Shown here piece by piece: positions 42,246 through 56,850 of a stretch of 64,000 nt of DNA (position 1 is the stretch's first letter; the number at the start of each line of letters is the position of its first letter). Both the position numbers and the translations under genes were made by a program. Source of the stretch: Octopus vulgaris (taxonomy: Eukaryota). The DNA lies in NCBI GenBank assembly GCA_951406725.2, contig OX597818.1, positions 22,630,001 to 22,694,000 on the forward strand. The letters are read 5' to 3'. The notes under the pieces are model-generated. The model saw only the letters and a list, made by a program, of their open reading frames with translations, was not told where the DNA came from and ran no database searches.

Positions 42246-42259
42246 GGTTCTCTTTTTGA

Positions 42260-42316
<57 letters not shown>

Positions 42317-42317
<1 letters not shown>

Positions 42318-42735
42318 GAATGAGAGAGCAGCACACGACATAAAAGAGACGCTGGGTACAAATATCTGAAGCTCAATCATGACTATCCGTCTACCATGAC
42401 TACCCACATGCCTCACAACCATATGTGCGCGACATGGTGACCTCATATCAATATAAACAGCGCATGACCTTGCAGGTGAGGTTCAGACAGAAATTTCTTC
42501 AGTAGCCCATTCCGCTGAAAAGGTCCCTGAATAAAGATCATTTAAGGATGATGACCGAAACACATGTTTCCAGAGATGAATTATTCAAACCCCGAAGACT
42601 CCCTCTCAACATATGACCATGATGCACCCCCATGACTTCTGCTCGTGATCAGAGATGCAGATATCGTCAACCACAAAGGAATATGCGCAAATTGTTAAAG
42701 CCAAGCAACTGACAAGCAAATCTGTGATATTGCGG
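42317..42735 (-). mobile_element. ~530-bp (TAA)n-associated retroposon, copy 3 (older, truncated)
   Basis: Diverged match to copies 1 and 2. Confidence 0.7.
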
Positions 42736-43870
42736 CGAAGTCTATTCCTCTTTTGATCTATTTGGGGGTCGATAAATAAAATACCAGTCTAGGCTGTTGT
42801 ATCAGAGCATTTGTTAGGGAATTGAACGAAATGTCTTGAGCATTTTATATTCTGAATTTATATTCCGCCTCCAATGACCGACCTCTTTGTAGTGGAAAAT
42901 GAGTTCTTCGGGACTGGCTTAGCGTAATAGATCTCCAATATTAGTGTTGATTGGGCCAGACACTATACGAGTAGACCATGTGAATGTAACTCGCTTATCT
43001 CTGAAACCTACAGACACAAACGAAATATTACTGACATTAGATAAACATGGCAAATGATAGAAATTTTGTGTAACGTATTTGAATTTGAAAAGAAACTAAT
43101 AACCAATTAATTATTGGTAACTAGGTGTCACACCCACAAAGAAGCCAGCTTCTATGTAGTCATTCAGCCTGCTAGAAATAGCTGTCAAATCTTTCTTAAA
43201 ACATGCTCCACCATCGTAGAAAGATAGATGATCTAGTCCTGGGTACACTTTGAGTAAATTAATTGACAAAAATATTATGGCTAGAATGGCTTCGGTTATT
43301 CTGCTAGGTTAGAGCTGGCCTCGGCTTTAACTTAAACATGTACAGCAACTAAAAGGTCTGAGGCCAAAGACATCAAGTTTTTTGTGCCAACAACTAGCTT
43401 GAACTCATAATCCATGTTTAGGTAGTCGATTACAGAACCAACTCAGTCACCCTATCACCACTGATGATAATATATGTGATAAAGAGCAGCAGATGACAAC
43501 TTACAAAACAAATTTATGTGAAATTCTGCAGCTCTCAGTGCAAAAGAAATGGCGAAACCGCTCAAGAATTGAACTAATTGACTAATGAAAGACAAATTTG
43601 TAATTAGTACATTTGATGTTGCAATAATTAAATCATATTTTGATAACTTAAGTAGTATCGTTATTAGAATAAAGCACTAATAACGGCCTGTGTTAGTATG
43701 AAGACATATTATATGGTGTGTGAGATAGACCGATAGATACGGTAGGCAGGAAAGTTTGTTGGGTTGAAAGGTAGGCTGGTAGGTAGACTAGAGAGATAAA
43801 TCAATATGTAGATAAATACATATGCATTTGGGGAGATAGTCATGTAAGTGGAGAAATAGAAATAGATATT

Positions 43871-43949
<79 letters not shown>

Positions 43950-44152
43950 ACTAGCATAAAAATAAATTGACTGTTAGGTCGATAGCTAGATATATTATGC
44001 ATGCAATAATTTGGTACAAATGCACGTATTCGATGATATACTGTTATGTTAGGGAACAATAAACGAAAGTAAATACGTTTTTATCTCCCCTCAGAAAACT
44101 ACAGGATCTCTTAAAAGCCAATTGAAAGAGAGCTATGCTTTCCAAAATATGC

Positions 44153-44570
44153 TTCTTTTATCTTTTACATGTTTTAGCCATTCGACTGTGGCCATGCTGG
44201 GGCACTGCCTTGAATGGTTTTAGTCGAACAAGTTCAACCCCCAGTGCTGATTTTTTTGAAGTCTAGTATTTATTCTATGTGTATTTTTTTCTTTTTGCTC
44301 GAACCACTAAGTTGTTGGAACATAGACAATCCAACACAACTGTTAAGCGGTGAGTAGGGGCTATCTCTCTCTCTCTCATACACACGCGCGCGCGCTATAA
44401 TATAGAAATATACGATTGACTTCCGCACAGTTTCTATCGACCAAATTCACTCACAAGGCATTGGGTCGGCCCAGAGTTATAATAGAAGTCATTTGCCCGT
44501 TGTGTCGCGCAGTAGGACTGAACCCAAAACCATAGAGTTGCAAAACGAATTTCTTAACCACACAGTAATA
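44153..44570 (-). mobile_element. SINE family S1
   Basis: Reverse complement of S1 head, core and tail. Confidence 0.8.
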
Positions 44571-45577
44571 CTTGTTTGTTTTAAAAAAGAAAATCCGAAG
44601 TAATATAGAAGAAATAAGAAAAAATAAAGCTGTAACGTAGAATTACATAGAGAAAAATGCTATTATTTTTAGGAAAAACAAAAAGAATTTATATGAAATA
44701 AATTTTTTAAATTTAAGATATTTATTTTTAAATTGAAGAAATATTTCAAAATTTAATGTTTTTTTTTTTAAAAAAAAAAAGAAACAAGCGAAAATTTAAA
44801 ACTATTAAAGAAAAGCAGAAGAGAAATTGTTAAGCTTAGCAGTTTGCTAGATCGGGAAATAAGGAGAAGTGTTGATATTTTAATTGATAAGGAGGTATTT
44901 TATGAGCACAACGTGTTATTAGTTGCTGATGATAATAACCGTAATTGACTGTTATAGCTGTGAAGACTGCTACTGCTACAGCCTTATATAGTTTATTGAG
45001 GGAATGGGTTTGAGCGGAGGGGTTAATAAGAGGTTTTTGCAAACAATAACACCATCCACACCGCTAGCTTACTCCCCCTCCTCCACCCGTCAATCTACCC
45101 CACAATCAAGACTCATATCAACGTGTGCCTGCAAGTCTACAAGGAGCCTCTACATACTCAATCGACCTGCTAGCAATGGCAGCCTCATTGCCTCAAATGT
45201 ATTCAATCGTCATCAAAAAAGATGATGTATTAGAAAGACCAGATCAGACAGACAACCCCTTTCGAGAAGCGGGTCGCATGTGACATGACTCATCATAAGG
45301 CGGGCACACGACTAAAAAGAAAAAAAAAAAATTCATGATAATTTTTCGTGAGGCGTGCCATTCAAAAATCCTGCGGACCGCAGTTTGCCCATGACTGTAC
45401 TCGATGGTCTGGTTGGAATGCATTCGAGTCTACTCAATTAGAACTGATCCGGAGACTCATTAATTTATTTTGCTTACGAGTGTGTGAACTTTACTCCCAT
45501 GAGATCATATATATGTCGTAGAGATCTGTCTATAGTTTTTCGTTTCACAACCCAAATTTTTACCGGAATAATTTTAA

Positions 45578-45711
45578 GACGTGGGTGTGTAGTAAGAAGC
45601 TTGCTTTCCAACCACATAGTTCCGGGTTCAGTCCCACTGTGTGGCACTTTGGGCAAGTGTCTTCTTCTATAGCCTCCGGCTGACCAAAACCTTGTGAGTG
45701 GATTTGGTAGA
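45578..45711 (+). mobile_element. SINE family S1, 5' half
   Basis: S1 head motifs. Confidence 0.8.
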
Positions 45712-45796
45712 AGTATATATATATATATATATATAGGAAATAGTGGTACAACAAGGTACCGATATTGTATTGTAATAATATACTTTATATATATGT

Positions 45797-46080
45797 GAAG
45801 GCATGTGGCTTAGTGGTTAGGGGCATTCGGCTCATGATTGTAAGGTCTTGAGTTCAATTCCCGGCGGCGCGTTGTGTCCTTGAGCAAGACACTTTATTTC
45901 ACGTTGCTCCAGTCCACTCAGTTGGCAAAAATGAGTAGTTCCTGTATTTCAAAAGGCCAGCCTTGTCACACTCTGTGTCATGCTGAATCTCCCCGAGAAC
46001 TACATTAAGAATACACTTGTTTGTGGAGTGCTCAGCCATTTGCACGTTAATTTCACGAGCAAGCTGCTCCGTTGATTGTA
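45797..46080 (+). mobile_element. tRNA-derived SINE, family S3
   Basis: A box tggcttagtgg, B box gagttcaattcc, and core gtgtccttgagcaagacact. Confidence 0.85.
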
Positions 46081-46081
46081 T

Positions 46082-46415
46082 CTGCCTTTACGTTCTGAGT
46101 TCAAATCTCGCCGAGGTCACTTTGCCTTTCATCTTTTTGGGGTTGATAAAATGAGTACAAACTTACCCCCTACTCTGAAATTGCTGGCCTTGTGCTAAAA
46201 CTTGTAACCATTAATTATATTTGTGTATAAGGCGGTGATCTAGAAGAATCGTTAGCGCATCGGACAAAATGCTTGGCGGCATTTCCCCGTCTCTTTACGT
46301 TCTAAGTTCAAATCCCATCGAGCTCAATAAAATAAGCTATCAGTCAAGTACTGGGATTGATGAAATCGACTAACCCTCTTCCTCAAAATATGCTGGCCTG
46401 ATGTCAAAATTTGAA
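46082..46415 (+). mobile_element. Two S2 SINE copies (46082-46205 truncated; 46229-46415)
   Basis: S2 core motifs. Confidence 0.7.
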
Positions 46416-48147
46416 AAAGTCAATTATACTTGGGTATGACAAGCAAATGAATACCATACTTTTAAGACACTCAAACATTATGAAAGCTTTTCTAAAGACA
46501 AATTATATATTATTTAAGATCCACATTGTCCTTACATATTCCTTGCGGTGCACAGCTTGAAATCCACTCATCAGGCTCATGAGCTCTGGCATCGCTCACA
46601 TGAACTCCCAATCTCTCTTAAGCAAATCAAGTAAATGAACATAAAATGAGCATACATTACATTGACACCATCATGGATTATATAGCTGTGCCTAGGGCTC
46701 TTAATCTCTCTACAGTAAAGCACAATAAATCATCTCGAGGACAAAACGAGTGAACGATTTATCCAGTATATGGATCTGATGGAAATATCGAGCAAATTTC
46801 ATATAAAATACGTCCTGGCGTCTTAAATGAAGGACACATTGAATAGCGACGTTATTCTATGAAAAATAAAGAAAAAAACAGACGAGATGCTCACAGCTGA
46901 AACACCTCTGAACACAGGCAGTCTTCATCGGAGATGTCAGGGAGTTAAACAGCAGCAACAACACAATAAATACACTAAACATCACAGGTTGCGCGTGCGC
47001 GCACACACAGACACACCATACCCATAAGTTATCTTACAAGACGAAACAAGAATATTAAGTATGAAACGAGCCAACGTGGGAGCCCGTACACAGTCACTGG
47101 AGTGGTTAGAAAAGCAGCAAAATCTCCCTCAAATTCCACCCATATTAAAGAAAAAAAGGAAAGACACATAGGACCATGTAGTCCTATATATATATATATA
47201 TATATATACAAAGTAAGATAGGGGTTATGAATGTAACCCACTATGGGATATCAGTTATCAGTAAAGTACCCAAATTCTTAATTCATAAATGCTTTTAATT
47301 GCAATGCAATTAATTCATTTATTGTACTAAATGGGTGAAGGTAAAAAATATTTTTACCGTAAATTCATAATACAAATAAGAAAATGGAGAAACAAATTCA
47401 TCTCGTTCATCAACTTACGGATATCACAATTTTATATTATTTATTAATTATACCAATGAGAACATCAAAATCAAACAAAACATTATATAAATCAATAGGT
47501 AATACAATAATAAAAATAATACAAATACATATTATAATAGTCATATTATAAATTATTGAAATTCATAAAATAGTCCTTACAGCTGTTTTAGCCTATGGTC
47601 AATAGTCAATCTAACTTATATTGCCTATAGATGTCAGTATATTATGGTTTTATGGTTAGTCATGGATGGAATGCGTTTGATTATTTATGTATTTCACATA
47701 AGAGTTGTTCTTCATTTACATGCTTGGGCAGACTTTTCTGTGGCTGGTATTGTATACTGTTTTAGCAGCAACATTACATATTATTAGTTATCAGCTTGCC
47801 TACTGACCAAATCTTTCTTGCAAGCATAAAATACTCAATATTCAATGAAATTCATTCTTATTTTATTGAAATTACTGCCCTTTTCCTTCAGATTAACTAC
47901 CATTTATTTACGTTAAATTCAAATTACGATGAACGTAAACAAACAAAGGAAGTTTGCTTTAGAAGCGTTGAGATGTCTTAGAAAGTTAAAGAAGTGATTT
48001 TAAATTCTCAAACGCAGAATAATGCTAATAGTATAGCCTGAACAGGATAAGCTACCCCTAGTTTGCAGGGGAAAAAAATCGAGTTCAGGTTACAAATGCC
48101 TACAAGGAAGGATTAAAATATTAGAATTAATACGAGAAAGGCATCTA

Positions 48148-48205
<58 letters not shown>

Positions 48206-48528
48206 CAAACTTTGGTTGTAGAACAAGCAACAAATTTAAGGTTATCCACTTAACATATCACATCTCGAACATTTAATCACATATAAAGAAACATAATGCT
48301 TTTTCTTATACATAGAATACGGATGCACAAAATCACAGAAGATGAAACAATATTTCATTCAGACAAGCATATAAAAAAAGAGAGTAGAGTAAACAATTAA
48401 AAAATTAATACTTCAGCGTCTAAAAAAAATTGTTTACATTATAAAACCTACCATAATAAATATATAAAAATATAAAAATACGTATTGCAGTCCTATTAAC
48501 CCTCTTCTTCCTAATAAGAAACAATCAC

Positions 48529-48568
<40 letters not shown>

Positions 48569-48749
48569 ATAATAAATATTAGGGAATAAATCCAAAATTA
48601 CAGGGAAAAAAATCAGATTTAGGATTAAATCCAATTTTATAGTAAAATATTATATAATATTAATTCGAGACAAAACCACTATTTTGCAAATCAAACAAGG
48701 AAAGACTTAATCAATGCATAAAAAAATTTAATATAAAGTAAATAAATCG

Positions 48750-48793
48750 CCACTACAATTGTTTCATGTCTTCAAATGACATTCGTCAGGTGG
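48750..48793 (-). ncRNA. Type I hammerhead ribozyme (left arm)
   Basis: Exact reverse complement of 48855-48898. Confidence 0.85.
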
Positions 48794-48854
48794 ATTTCCA
48801 ATCTTCTATTCAGTTTTAATTTATGAAATTAAAACTGAATAGAAGATCGGAAAT

Positions 48855-48898
48855 CCACCTGACGAATGTCATTTGAAGACATGAAACAATTGTAGTGG
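48855..48898 (+). ncRNA. Type I hammerhead ribozyme (right arm)
   Basis: ccac CUGACGA atgtc atttgaa gacat GAAAC aatt GUA gtgg. Confidence 0.88.
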
Positions 48899-49256
48899 CG
48901 ATTTATTTACTTTATATTAAATATTTTTATGTATTGATTAAGTCTTTCCTTGTTTGATTTGCAAAATAGTGGTTTTGTCTCGAATTAATATTATATATAT
49001 ATATATATATATATTTGCATACACAAATAAACACACAAACACACACATACATATGTATATATATGTATATGTATACATATATATGCACACATATAAATAT
49101 ATGCATACACAATTACACGCATATATGTGTATACAATATAAGTATATATATATATGTTTAAAAGTTTTATATAATTGATTATATCCAGTTACAACGACTA
49201 TATATTCTACTAATAATTATACCTCATTACACATTGACACAAATACGTATGCGTGC

Positions 49257-49287
<31 letters not shown>

Positions 49288-49309
49288 CACACATACTAAT
49301 ATACATATA

Positions 49310-49359
<50 letters not shown>

Positions 49360-49775
49360 AATATACATATATAAGTGTGTGTGTGTGTATATATATATAT
49401 ATACACACACACATACATGCATACATTTATATGGGTATGTATGTACTTATAAATATATGTACGTATTTGAATAGATTAATTTATAAGTTCAATATGGACG
49501 ATTGACAGAATACTTGAGAAGGAGTAAGTAGACAACATTGCTAGAGGTATTTAGAAATGTTCCCATAATGAATTAGTAGTGGGAGATATAATGGAACAAA
49601 CACTCACGAATTGGGTTCTATTTCATCGGCTACGACTTCCATTAGAACGATTGACCTTGTTTTAAATTTCAAAAACAGTATTAAACTTAGATGAATTAAT
49701 CTATGACATACACGCAAGCACGCGTACGTACGAACACACGCACACACATGCACAATATGCATACGTACACATATG

Positions 49776-49836
<61 letters not shown>

Positions 49837-50145
49837 ATATATATATATATGTATGTATGTATGTATTTGTATAAATATATATAACGTATATATAACGCCA
49901 TGCGGTGGATATTATTATACTGCTAATCACAGTGGGGTTCTGTCTTTTATATGCCACCTGAGGCGAGATACAGTTCTTTAAGGAGACTTACCACGAGATA
50001 CGATCCCAAATATTTCCTCTGTATCGTATATTAGAAGTTAACTATTTTTCCTTTATTTCGTTTTGTTTCACTTAATGCCGCACACAACTGCAAACTCATA
50101 TTTCTGATGAAAAATACTTTGCTTATTCTGATTATGATGTACCCA

Positions 50146-50226
<81 letters not shown>

Positions 50227-50621
50227 TTGTGTGCGTAAGTTTGCTTTTATGTTCAGTTACAGAATACACAATTTTATATTAATCTGATGGGTTACTCGAT
50301 ACTTTTGTTGAGTACAAATTTGTTATTCTTAAACAAGAATATTATTGACAGTGACTTCGAAGTTTCAGCCAGCATTTCTTTTCTTACTTAGCACTGTCAG
50401 ATAAATAACAATAGATTAAATTACTGTTTTCTTCTAAAGATCTAGCGTTTCAGTATATTTATGCGATCGTCTACGTAACGATTACAGCACAACTTTACTA
50501 GTATTCGCTAGTGAAGCACGTGTAACGATTATGTACTTTATGATGTTATGATAAAAAGGGTATCTAAGACTTCTGTTTTATTCTGCTTTCCGATATTCAT
50601 TGTATATTATTCAAATTCTTA

Positions 50622-51050
50622 TATTCTTTTACTGGTTTCAGTCATTTGACTGCGACCATACTACAGCACCGCCTTAAAGGATTTTAGTTGAAGAAATCTA
50701 CCCCAGGACTTATTCGTTGTAAGCATAGTACTTATTTTATCGGTCTCTCTTGCCGAACCGCTAAGTTACGAGGACGTAAACACTCCAGCATCGGTTGTCA
50801 AGCGTTGGTGCGGTGACAAACAAAACACACACGCATAAACACATACATACACACGCACACACACACACACATATATATATATATACACTACGGGCTTCTT
50901 TCAGTTTCCGTCTACCAAATCCACTCACAAGGCTTTGGTCGGCCCAAGGCTATAATAAAAGGCACTTGCTCAAAGTGCCACACAGTGGGACTGAACCCGG
51001 AACCATATGGTTGGGAAGCAAGCTTCTTACCACACAGCCACGCCTGCGCC
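50622..51050 (-). mobile_element. SINE family S1, full length
   Basis: Well-preserved reverse complement of S1. Confidence 0.9.
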
Positions 51051-51581
51051 AAATATATATTATGCCAAAACAGAATCGAAAGACAAATTATGTTTAATGT
51101 TTGATTGGTATTTGGATGAACATGGATTTACATGGAATTCTAAGCGTTGGTAACCGTTGTGCTTTCTCATTCAAAAGAGCAATTCTTCAACATATGTATA
51201 TTATGGACCTTCCCGTCGTTAAACGATTTCTTGCTGAACAACCACATAGACGATTTGTTTTTTATAATGATCAAACGTTTGATATTTACATCAGCTCACT
51301 CCTTTCGTCAAATCAACACTGCTTGTAATGGCGCACAAGTGTGCCACGCATCAAATCTCAAAGTGATCGTTGAGCAACGTAAAAAGAAATATTTTTCCTT
51401 AAGAACACAACACAACACACCACCCAGTCTGGATATCGAAACCACGATCTCGCGAGCAGGAGTGCAACACCCTAATCACTAGGTATACATGTATACGTAT
51501 GTATTTATACGTGCTTAACATGTATATGTATGTTTATGTATATCTCGGCACTAATATCCCGTAATTGTTCAATATGTTCTT

Positions 51582-51970
51582 AAGGTGGCGAACTGGCAAA
51601 AGCGTTAGCTCGCCGGGCGTTATTTCGTCTGTCTTTACGTTCTGAGTTCAAATTCTGCCGAGGTCACTTTGTCTTTCATCCTTTCGGGGTCTATAAATTA
51701 AGTACCAGTTGCGTACTGGGTCGATCTAATCGACTGGCCCCCTCCCCTCAAATTTCGGGCCTTGCACCTGAATTTTAACAGTGATCTCAAATTTTGGAAA
51801 AAGGCCATCGGTTTTGGGGAGGTGCGAAGTCGATTAAATCAACCTTAGTGCTCAATTAGTACTTATTTTATCGACTCCGAAAGGCAAAGTCTACATAATT
51901 TGAACTCAGAATGTAAAGACGGACAAGCATTTCGCCCGGCGTGCTAACGATTCTGCCAGCTCGCCGCCTT
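51582..51970. mobile_element. Two S2 SINEs tail-to-tail (+ 51582-51750; - 51790-51970)
   Basis: aaggtggcgaactggca.. on + and ..tgccagctcgccgcctt as the minus-strand head. Confidence 0.8.
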
Positions 51971-52380
51971 AATCTGAATATTAATGTTATAAAGATAAAT
52001 TCTCTAGGGTAATTTTATTCTATCGAGATATGTAGATTACTCATAAAATATGTATTAAGAACAATTGTAAAATCCTATTCACATAATTATAAGTTCAATT
52101 ATCACAATTGAAGTTAAAATTTTAATTTAAATGTTTATGGTACACTGTCTGAATTCTTCTGTAACTTTATTTAAGCTAAAACCGGAAGTTTACGCAGTAA
52201 GATTTTTACGAAATCTTAACATCTCAACCAAACAAATGTCTTTGTCTGTGAGCTGATAATGAATAGAACTTGTAAATTGAATTTCTTCAACAAATTCAAG
52301 CAAGCTGACAATCTGTTCCTTGCAGTCACCTCTAACTTTACCTCCTCTTTTCTGAATCAATTTATCAACTCCCAATAAAA

Positions 52381-52765
52381 TCTCTCTCTATATAAACGGC
52401 AGTTTGTCTGTGTGTGTTTCTGTGTGTCTGTTAGGTTGAACCCTCACCCTGACCACGGCTTTCAACCGATTCTGATGAAACTTGACACACACATAACCCA
52501 ATGTCATAATTCAAAACTAACGCAGCGAAAATTTTGAAAAGTTCCCCCAGTTCTGAAAAAAATCGATAAATTCGACATGGGGTCGAGAATCAGAAACACA
52601 AACCACAGACTGTCTAGGGAACGCAACTCCACCTTTTTAACTCTCAAAAATAAATTTACCATAATTTTTTTTCCATTTTTTTGCTATTTTTTGGCTATAA
52701 CTCTCTAAAAATGCTTTATGGTTATTTCCCTTACAAACCCGAGCAACGCCGGGCGATACTGCTAG
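52381..52765 (+). mobile_element. Non-autonomous Helitron
   Basis: Inserted between A and T. Starts TCtctctctatataa. Has a 3' GC hairpin cccgagcaacgccggg followed by CTAG. No TSD. Confidence 0.85.
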
Positions 52766-53096
52766 TCATCATATATAAGTAAATTCACGCACTCTGTGAT
52801 TGCTTTTATTCACAAGAGTTATGACTAAACAGCTGTGGGTCTGTTATTATACAATCGCCGTCGGCTTTACTTCGTACGCGAGAATTTAGTTTCTTCTTTG
52901 CTGAACACTTCCTTTATGATAATAGCATTGATGACTCTGCAGACCAGTTCTTGCATAGAAGAGTCGGTGGCATTGACTGCACGATAATGTTGATGGAGGA
53001 TGACGTTGATTTTAGCATCCTTGTGTTTTCCTTGTTTTCATGCTTGTTATATGATTTGTTGAAACAAATGTAAACCATGGAATAAAAGTAATAACC

Positions 53097-53321
53097 TATT
53101 TCTTTACTACCTACAAGGGGCTAAACACAGAGAGGACAAACAAGGACAGACGAACGGATTAAGTCGATTATATCGACCCCAGTGCGTAACTGGTACTTAT
53201 TTAATCAACCCCGAAAAGATGAAAGGCAAAGTCGACCTCGGCGGAATTTGAACTCAGAACGTAGCGGCAGACGAAATACGGTTACGCATTTCGCCCGGTG
53301 TGCTAACGTTTCTGCCAGCTC
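53097..53321 (-). mobile_element. SINE S2 with 13-bp TSD
   Basis: aaaagtaataacc at 53084-53096 and 53322-53334. Confidence 0.9.
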
Positions 53322-53479
53322 AAAAGTAATAACCACAACTCTGTTCTTCACTTATAATTTATCCGCAACTGAAGGTATAACCCTCTAAATTTTCACCTTG
53401 TATGAACTACTGCTTGTCCTTTATATACATCCGGATAACCGATGTTCACAAGAAAGCTACCTAAGGTAACCGCCAGGAT

Positions 53480-53706
53480 TCCCCAATTTCGGAAAGTTAT
53501 TGTCTAGATCGATTTGCATGGCGTAAAATGTATCATGGTACCTTAAAACAAGTTTTGAGTTGAAGAAACAGAACAATAAAAGAATTATATCCTGGAATCA
53601 ACAAACACACTGGTTGAATCCCAGGCAAAATCAAATGTCCTCATTGTGACTTCATAGCAAAATCCGTACCTGGGCTCACATTACATTCACGCAGCCATCA
53701 CAAATA
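53480..53706 (+). pseudogene. RTE-like LINE ORF 3' end
   Basis: LDRFAWRK..SFE, then a terminal Cys/His motif CPHCDFIAKSVPGLTLHSRSHHK*. Confidence 0.6.
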
Positions 53707-53859
53707 GAGGCAACTTTTTTTATTTTTAAATTTTCGTTTTAAATCCTTTCCTTCAAACACTCATACATTGAAATTGACAGTAGCGACCACCATATATATA
53801 ACGGTATCGAGCAGAAACTATCGGGTATAATTATACATCGCTAGTTACAATGCGCTTCT

Positions 53860-54091
53860 CGTTGTTTTAGCTGACTAATGACGCTACCCGTTGGCTAAGT
53901 GAGCAGGCCAACCTTCCCTCTGATCGGAAGGCTATTCCCTCACAAGATTAACCATTTGCATGTCAGTGGACTGGAATAAACGTGAAATAAAGCATTTTGT
54001 TCAAGAGCCCAACGCGCCGCCAGGTCCGGGAATCGAACCCAGAATCTGGCGATCGTAAGGGCAATACACTTGCCGTTAGGCCACGCGCCTT
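53860..54091 (-). mobile_element. tRNA-derived SINE, S3-related
   Basis: Minus strand aggcgcgtggcctaacgg..gggttcgattcccgg. Confidence 0.75.
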
Positions 54092-54224
54092 ATGGTAACT
54101 ACTGCAGTATTCTGTGTTCTAACAGAATATCCACTTTTAAATGGGTATATATATATATATATGTATATATATGTATATATATATATTTATTATATAGAGT
54201 GGATATATATATATTATGAAATAT

Positions 54225-54267
<43 letters not shown>

Positions 54268-54302
54268 GTATATGTATATATATATATATATTGTTATATA
54301 TA

Positions 54303-54491
<189 letters not shown>

Positions 54492-54536
54492 TTAGAGACA
54501 AAACCACTATTTTGCAAATCAAACAACGAAAGACTA

Positions 54537-54755
<219 letters not shown>

Positions 54756-56114
54756 AGAATTCAAGAAAAAACAAAAGATGAAGACTGGTGGTGTAGACAA
54801 CAAACAGATATATTAGTTTAACGCTCGGGGAGTGAAAAAGTCTTTAACGTTTCAAGCTCACGCTCTTCCACAAAAAGAAACAATGAGAGAAACAAGGAGA
54901 GAAAAAAATGTGTGTAGTGACCACCGATCTATCATGGCGACTGCCGGACAGAAGGATCACACAGAAGAGCGAAGAAGTAGGGGAGATACATACACACACA
55001 CACATAAGCATACATACTTACATGTATACATTCCGGTTTCGTACCAATTTCGTGTCATTTTGAGCAAAAGTAATTGTCTTCAGCCGTAAGTAAACTTATG
55101 TCGTGTGTGTGTGTGCATCGTCAGACACTGGAATGAAATTCGTCGGATAGATTGCACTTGTCGCTGAAATGCTAAGTCCTATTACACGCTATGTCATACT
55201 CATTCAACCTGAGAGTTACGTTGAGGGTACATAGGCCTGTGGAATGCTCTGCAGCTTACACGTTAATCCTAGAGCAGGAAATTCAGTTGATGGAACAACT
55301 GTATACTCAACTCCGTAACCGATGGAGAACCACCTACCTACACGCATACACTCACCCACACACACATGCTCACGCACACACGCGCACATACACACACACA
55401 CACATACATGCACGCGCACAAACGCACACATTTTTGTGTCCATACACGCGCACAAACGCACACATCTTTGTGTCCATACACACGAACGTGAATATATGTT
55501 CAAGGATTAACATAATTTTGTTGTGCATATCAGATAAATAAATATATGTATTTATATACATACACACACGTGTACACATACATACATACATACACATATG
55601 AATATACACACATATGCATTGCACATTTCACACAAAACATACAAGTATATATCTACAAACAGAGACTCTTTCACATTGCGCCATATGTAAGTTCATGTAT
55701 AAATACTACAAACATTAATATTTTCAGACCCTGATATACATGTACACATAAACACATAGATGGGCACAAACTCAAGCATGCGTGGTTTTGTGTGTTCATT
55801 TATACATATATACAAACACAGTTAAGTACAAAGACATACATAAACAAACGCTCATGCATGTATATTTGTACGTACGTTTATGTATATGTATGCTACACAC
55901 CACACATACACACATACACACATTTATGGATGCATTCATAAGCACAGGCCTATAAACACGCATAACTCATAAATATATATATATACAAACTCACATTTGT
56001 TCATGTACACATGCAAGTATACATACATTACAAAATATTTATAAGCCCAGGGGTGTAGAAATTTAATCAGTTTAACACATGGCGTTAATATGCTCGAATA
56101 TCAAATTTATATGA

Positions 56115-56257
<143 letters not shown>

Positions 56258-56282
56258 CGTATACAAACATATATGTGTGGAT

Positions 56283-56313
<31 letters not shown>

Positions 56314-56454
56314 GTGTATATCAGTGTAGTTTCATATATGTATCTGCATACAACCAAATGTGTGTGTGTGTTTATATATATATGTGTGTGTGTATATATA
56401 CGTACTGCCCCCCCACACACACACACATACACACATAAAGCAATATAATTTATT

Positions 56455-56588
56455 TTGACACAATGCCAGCAGCTTCGGAGAAGGAGGAAGCCCGATTATT
56501 TCGACACCAGTTCTCAATCGGTACTTATTTTATCGACTACGAAAGGATGAAAGACGAAATCCACTACGGCGGAATTTGAACTTAGAAC
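56455..56588 (-). mobile_element. SINE S2 fragment
   Basis: ggtacttattttatcgac..gaaaggatgaaag..ggcggaatttgaac. Confidence 0.7.
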
Positions 56589-56850
56589 TATTATATTATA
56601 TGTATGTTGTGGACAATACAAACAATCAAATGTTAGCAATATAAAGTTAAAAACATTAGCTCCTGGAAAACTAGAGAAGTGGCTGCATGACTTTTAAAAA
56701 GTAGAAGTCACATAGTCGTAGCCAATGGTGTTTTTTTTTTCCTTTTTTGAATAGATATCAATTCTCAGCTGAGTCCCTCTGAGAACTGTACGTGACGGTT
56801 CTGTCAGACATGCTCTTAGTCATACTGTCAGCCATTCTCACCATTTATAC

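Larger units (their letters stand above)
48555..48997. mobile_element. Penelope-like back-to-back pLTR palindrome within (TA)n
   Basis: 48651-48997 is a near-perfect palindrome centred at 48824 with a 3-nt loop. Confidence 0.85.

Noticed and set aside
45797-45870. Functional tRNA genes (also 366, 16220, 25960, 54020)
   Set aside because: Acceptor stems are imperfect and the sequences continue into repeat bodies, so these are SINE or pLTR heads.
52190-53080. Coding-like minus-strand stretch around the Helitron
   Set aside because: No recognisable domain or splice structure. It cannot be called without a homology search.
53620-53706. C2H2 zinc-finger host gene
   Set aside because: A single terminal finger preceded by RTE-like motifs fits a LINE ORF end better.
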